A stretch of DNA of 64,000 nt from Halarcobacter sp. (GTDB taxonomy: Bacteria; Campylobacterota; Campylobacteria; Campylobacterales; Arcobacteraceae): the NCBI GenBank assembly GCA_048571215.1, contig CP182352.1, forward strand, positions 1,248,001-1,312,000, written 5' to 3'. The notes under the pieces were generated by a model, which had not been told where the DNA came from, searched no databases, and saw only the letters and a list, made by a program, of their open reading frames with translations. Numbering within the stretch: position 1 is the first letter of the stretch; each line of letters opens with the position of its first letter. Shown in pieces: positions 60,145 through 64,000 of this stretch. The translations under genes and the position numbers were made by a program.

Positions 60145-61056
60145 TCAACTTATCCTTTCTAAAATATCAAAACTTTTTATATCCATCTTTGAAAAAGCAA
60201 ACCACTTTTTACCTAAGTCTTTTAGGCTTGCTCCTATATGATAAATCTCTTTATCATCAAGTATCAAAAACCTATCGTGGGAGTTTTCAAACTTTTTTAT
60301 CTCTATTTTTTTATATTGTGAATTGTATTTTTTAAAGTCTAGATTTAGTTGTTTTGAGATATTTTTAGTATATATGGTTACATCTACATTTTGATTTTTT
60401 GAAAATAATGTTAAGACACTATCATCCACATAGTTATCTATAAGTATTATTTTACTTTTTGCACTTCTTATTAAATCAGATACAAAAATATAGGCATCAA
60501 ACATTTGCCCGTCGTAAAATATTCCTTGTTTTGGTTTGATTGTTTTATCTTCTAGTGCATCAAAAAGTTTTTCAAATTTTTCATCTGTTTTTATTTCATA
60601 AGATATTTGCCTTTTTTCAACTAAATCAAGTCTTTTAAATATATCACCATTATGAGACAAAAATTGTCTCATCTTTACAAAACTATTTATGATATGGATA
60701 CTTGTCTGAATAGCTTTATCACTTTTAAGCACTGCTGAAAGCATTGAAACACCCTGCTCTGTAAATACATATGGTAAATATCGTCTTCCTCCATGATTTA
60801 AGGTCACACTTTGTGACCTTAAAGAATCATTTGAACTTGAGGCCGCAAATTGCGACCTCAAGTTTTGATATTCTTTTTCAGTAAGTTGAAAACGAAACTG
60901 TTGGGGAAATCGTGCAATATTTCTTTTTACTTGTTCATTAAGTCTTTTAGATTCCACATCATAAAGTTTTGCTAAGTCACTATCAAGCATCACCTGTACA
61001 TTTCTAACTGTATATATCTTGCTTTTTATATCCTCATCAATTATTAGTTCATTCAT
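60145..61056 (-). CDS. ORF6N-domain protein with C-terminal PLD-like domain
   Basis: IYTVRNVQVMLDSDLA.LY.V....LNEQVKRN..RFP..F.FQLT; PYVFTEQGVSMLS.VL.S; C-terminal IDNY..HDRFLILD...HIGASLKDLGKK. Confidence 0.88.
   Translation of the reverse strand: MNELIIDEDIKSKIYTVRNVQVMLDSDLAKLYDVESKRLNEQVKRNIARFPQQFRFQLTEKEYQNLRSQFAASSSNDSLRSQSVTLNHGGRRYLPYVFTEQGVSMLSAVLKSDKAIQTSIHIINSFVKMRQFLSHNGDIFKRLDLVEKRQISYEIKTDEKFEKLFDALEDKTIKPKQGIFYDGQMFDAYIFVSDLIRSAKSKIILIDNYVDDSVLTLFSKNQNVDVTIYTKNISKQLNLDFKKYNSQYKKIEIKKFENSHDRFLILDDKEIYHIGASLKDLGKKWFAFSKMDIKSFDILERIS
60797..60864. repeat. Two tandem intragenic palindromes (39-bp period) in the ORF6N gene
   Basis: TTTAAGGTCACA-CTT-TGTGACCTTAAA (60797-60823) and AACTTGAGGCCGCAA-A-TTGCGACCTCAAGTT (60834-60864). 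Confidence 0.9.
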
Positions 61057-61211
61057 ATCACAGCCTTTATTTGAAATAAATATATCTATTATTTTTCTAA
61101 TATAGAAAAATATTAAATGGATAATAACATTAAAAAATATATTTATTTAAATATATTACAGATTGTAATATCTAAGAAGTTTTAATAAAATAGTAGAAGA
61201 TTAAATATTTA

Positions 61212-61595
61212 TTAATCACAAATAGGATTCAAGATATAAAAATCACACTCTTTATCTTTACTTATATAATCTTCATCTATTCTCAAATCACAAGACAAAT
61301 CTTCATAAAGTGCTTTTTCATCTTTACATACAAGAACTACAGTGATTTTATTTTCATACTTGATCTTTAAATCATAATCTTTAAAACTTTCCATTAGAAT
61401 AGGATTTTTAGTAGTCAAAAACTCTTTTATTTCGGATACTTCAATACCTCTTCTTTTGATTGCACTATTTGCTCTTTTTGTTAGGTTATTCAACTTAGGT
61501 TTTAATTCAATTAAACTATCATTTTTTAAAGAGCAGCCAGTAATTAAGTTAGCTACAAAAACAATCAATAAACTTCTTAGTAATATCTTTTTCAT
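61212..61595 (-). CDS. Lipoprotein of unknown function
   Basis: Start at 61595 after AAGGGA; MKKILLRSLLIVFVANLITG-C lipobox; four further Cys near the C-terminus. Confidence 0.75.
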   Translation of the reverse strand: MKKILLRSLLIVFVANLITGCSLKNDSLIELKPKLNNLTKRANSAIKRRGIEVSEIKEFLTTKNPILMESFKDYDLKIKYENKITVVLVCKDEKALYEDLSCDLRIDEDYISKDKECDFYILNPICD

Positions 61596-61606
61596 ATTAT
61601 TTCCCT

Positions 61607-62545
61607 TTATGCCCAATACTCTAATTTATCAGATGATGTTTTACCATTATCTAAGTTCCAATCTGCAAAATATTCTAAATGACTATTTCCATTGCCATAT
61701 ACTGCTTCATCTAAAACCTTCCAAGTTTGTTGCACTTGAGATACTGCTTTATTAAAAATATCATCATAATGCATAGTTTTATTACCTGGAACTTCTAGAT
61801 TCTCGATATACTCTTCAATGTTAACTTCTTCAGATTTAGGATATATTATTCCACCATCTAATCCTATAACATGTCTTGATATAGTAGGAAAGTTTTGAGT
61901 CTCTTCCACTGTCGATACTAAAGTATGAAATCTACTATGCCAAGTATCAAATTCTGGTTTATTGGTTAAGTATTCTTCATTATTTAATTCTTCTAACATC
62001 TTTCCCCATACTGAAGAGATAACTTTATTTAGCTTGTCAGTATCTCCATTATGACTACACTCTTTTCCAAATAAAGATAATTGTTCAGTTTCAGAAATAT
62101 CTCCATATCCTGTAATCTTTTTATAGATATAAACATCTTGATGCATTTCACAGTTTCTATGAGCTGATTCATGTCCTTCATATGGTCCAACTTTTAACTC
62201 AACAACAGGATGAATAACTACATCGGTAACAATATGCCCAGCAAGTCCACAAAGCCATGCAAAAGCTTTTCTTTTATCTTCTTCATCTTCTATTGCTTTA
62301 ACTTCTTCGATACCTTTTAAAATAAAAGATTTTGTTTTCATATCTAGGTGCATTGAGTCTGCCCATTTTTTATGTTTTTCTGTAAATGCTAGATATGGAT
62401 AATCTGGACTAACAGAACCCAACTCTATAAAGGTTGTATATTCTTCTAATGCTATGAGGGAATCATTACTAAGTCCTAACTCTTCTAATTCGTTTTCAGT
62501 ACATGCCTTATTTACTATTGTTAAGTGTGCGTATGCTCCTGCCAT
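61607..62545 (-). CDS. Zinc-dependent phospholipase C-family protein
   Basis: N-terminal AH, GSVSPD, MH, GHIVTD..IHP, H..CE...D Zn-ligand pattern; no signal peptide. Confidence 0.78.
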   Translation of the reverse strand: MAGAYAHLTIVNKACTENELEELGLSNDSLIALEEYTTFIELGSVSPDYPYLAFTEKHKKWADSMHLDMKTKSFILKGIEEVKAIEDEEDKRKAFAWLCGLAGHIVTDVVIHPVVELKVGPYEGHESAHRNCEMHQDVYIYKKITGYGDISETEQLSLFGKECSHNGDTDKLNKVISSVWGKMLEELNNEEYLTNKPEFDTWHSRFHTLVSTVEETQNFPTISRHVIGLDGGIIYPKSEEVNIEEYIENLEVPGNKTMHYDDIFNKAVSQVQQTWKVLDEAVYGNGNSHLEYFADWNLDNGKTSSDKLEYWA

Positions 62546-63606
62546 TATTTTTCCTTTTTGAATTTATTTTTATTTATTGCTATATGAAATATTTTTTTTC
62601 TATATGTGCTCATCTTATGGTCTGCTGGAATATTTGCAAAAGGTGCTTTTTTAAATAAATATGCACGTATTCTTCTTGTAAAGCTAACGGAATAAAGTAA
62701 TCTGGCTTTTTCATAATCTCCATTTTCAATATTAGTTAAGTATCTCATATATCCAGTATGAGAATAATCTTTAAAATGTCTTTTTAAATATTCACTAACA
62801 TTATCACCAATATAAGGTACAAATTTTAATACAAAAGTTAAAGTATCCATTACTTCAGCTCCCGGAGGTAACATAGTTACTGGATCTGCTGAATTTACTA
62901 TTCTGTAAACAGGTGTTTTAATTCCTAACATCCAATCTTCATCAGCTACTCGAGGTGAACCAAAGGTATAACAAGCTGCTATTTGACTATGTAATAATTT
63001 TTTTGTTGCAACTGTTGCTAAAGCTCCACCTAAACTATGTCCTGTAATTAGAAGTGGTTTATCTTGACAATTTTCATTAATGTAGTCCTGAATCTCATCT
63101 TTAATCACATCAAATGCCTTGCTAAAGCCTTGATGAATTTTACCTTCAGTATTACACTTTATTTGATTAGCTTTCAAATCTGCTTTTAAATCTTCTATAC
63201 TAGTTGTTTCTGTTCCTCTAAAAACTAAAAAATAAAAGTCTTTAGAGGATACAATCATCGCTTGTGTTCCATTTTTATCAAAAAGCTTTTTAACTTCTAG
63301 TTTTAAAAACTTTAACTCATTTTTCAACTTCTCTTTTTCTTCATTGTTATCATAAGACAATAAATCAATAAGTTTATAAAGTGAACTAACTCTTTTTTGA
63401 TCTACTAATTTTGTAACTTTTTTAATTAAATCTTTATTAGAAATATCAATAATTGGTTCATTAAATTTTAAATAAACTAAGTCAGATAAACATGCACATA
63501 TGAAACAGGTTCTATCACTATAAGCTTCTCTATATACGGGTAGTTCTTTTAATACTAATTGTTGAAGATTCTTTTCTTCTTCACTATTTTGGGCAAGTAT
63601 TTGCAT
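62545..63606 (-). CDS. Class 3 lipase (alpha/beta hydrolase)
   Basis: FRGTE, HQGF, GHSLGGALA, TFGSPRV, RIVNSADPVT..PP, DH.M..Y; no signal peptide. Confidence 0.9.
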   Translation of the reverse strand: MQILAQNSEEEKNLQQLVLKELPVYREAYSDRTCFICACLSDLVYLKFNEPIIDISNKDLIKKVTKLVDQKRVSSLYKLIDLLSYDNNEEKEKLKNELKFLKLEVKKLFDKNGTQAMIVSSKDFYFLVFRGTETTSIEDLKADLKANQIKCNTEGKIHQGFSKAFDVIKDEIQDYINENCQDKPLLITGHSLGGALATVATKKLLHSQIAACYTFGSPRVADEDWMLGIKTPVYRIVNSADPVTMLPPGAEVMDTLTFVLKFVPYIGDNVSEYLKRHFKDYSHTGYMRYLTNIENGDYEKARLLYSVSFTRRIRAYLFKKAPFANIPADHKMSTYRKKIFHIAINKNKFKKEK

Positions 63607-63675
63607 AATTTTATTTCCTTTATACTCTATAAAGAGTTTTATTTATAAGGAAATTGTACAATTTGTAAAAACGGT

Positions 63676-64000
63676 TTAATCCGTTTTAAAGTAATGAGAT
63701 AAATCAGTATTCTTATAATCACTTATTTGTTGAATTATTTTTGTGTTTAAATCATTAGGTGAAATCACTTTAATAAATGGTAAAAATTGTTGAATTGTAG
63801 GTATTATTTCCATATAGTCAGTTACTGTAATTTGCATTATTTTATAGTTTTCATCCTCTGAGCTTAGAATAATTTGATTTTTTGAAAGAGGACAGCGTTC
63901 AAAATATTGAACAATTTTTTTATGAATAAAAAGCTCAATTATTTTCGATTCTTTATCCTTAAAATAAGCATTAATCGCTGAATCAAGCTTTATATTAACA
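63676..64000 (-). CDS. WYL-domain transcriptional regulator, C-terminal (WCX) part; 5' end outside window
   Basis: Not in ORF track. Open frame 63999 to 63676: ...IELFIHKKIVQYFERCPLSKNQ...MEIIPTIQQFLPFIKVISPNDL...*, matching the typical WCX pattern (YF...P....Q; EI...i....p.i.VisP..L). Confidence 0.72.
   Translation of the reverse strand, partial: VNIKLDSAINAYFKDKESKIIELFIHKKIVQYFERCPLSKNQIILSSEDENYKIMQITVTDYMEIIPTIQQFLPFIKVISPNDLNTKIIQQISDYKNTDLSHYFKTD

Noticed and set aside
60105..60335. 76-aa plus-strand ORF as an antisense toxin
   Set aside because: Overlaps the ORF6N 3' end and the TA promoter; no SD or motif.
60797..60864. CRISPR mini-array or integron attC interpretation of the palindromes
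   Set aside because: Only two non-identical units with a 10-bp gap, in frame inside a gene; no cas or intI gene in the window.
7380..61755. Many short antisense or nested ORFs in the track (e.g. 7388, 29527, 36615, 44139, 46905, 52478, 61456)
   Set aside because: They lie within well-supported genes and show no motifs or SD; typical shadow frames.
57700..64000. Prophage interpretation of the right end
   Set aside because: ORF6N and Gp49-like domains occur in phages, but there are no structural, terminase or integrase genes here.

Overview
AT-rich chromosomal window whose gene content (HsrA/CosR-like and HspR-like regulators, exbBD-tonB) points to Campylobacterota, most likely Arcobacteraceae. 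This is an inference; no search was run. From left to right it holds: rmuC (partial), an M48 peptidase, a PLD-family protein and ybgC; a two-gene insert (TMEM43-like plus membrane protein) that appears to have split the 5' end of ybgC; a GGDEF protein, an MCP, an aldo/keto reductase and a TDT transporter; a cobamide salvage/nucleotide-loop cluster (cobC, cobS, cobQ, cobU, archaeal-type cobT, an APH-fold kinase, cobD, cbiB, btu-like ABC and TonB receptor) interrupted by an HTH-AbiEii module; an ectABC-orf-RR-ask operon ending on a histidine-kinase remnant; a two-component system upstream of two tandem [TonB receptor + membrane polyferredoxin] units with shared 11-bp-period boxes, followed by exbBD-tonB; housekeeping genes (trmL, purU, malic enzyme, pgeF, aroE, rlmF); a TetR-iorAB-xdhC-mocA molybdoenzyme locus; and an accessory right end (K+ channel, TM2 protein, pseudogene, HigBA-like TA, ORF6N gene with in-frame palindromes, and a WYL regulator followed by lipase, Zn-phospholipase C and lipoprotein genes). 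The WYL-lipase-PLC-lipoprotein unit is the best candidate for an undescribed defence or antagonism system. No rRNA, tRNA, CRISPR array, transposase or integrase was recognised.
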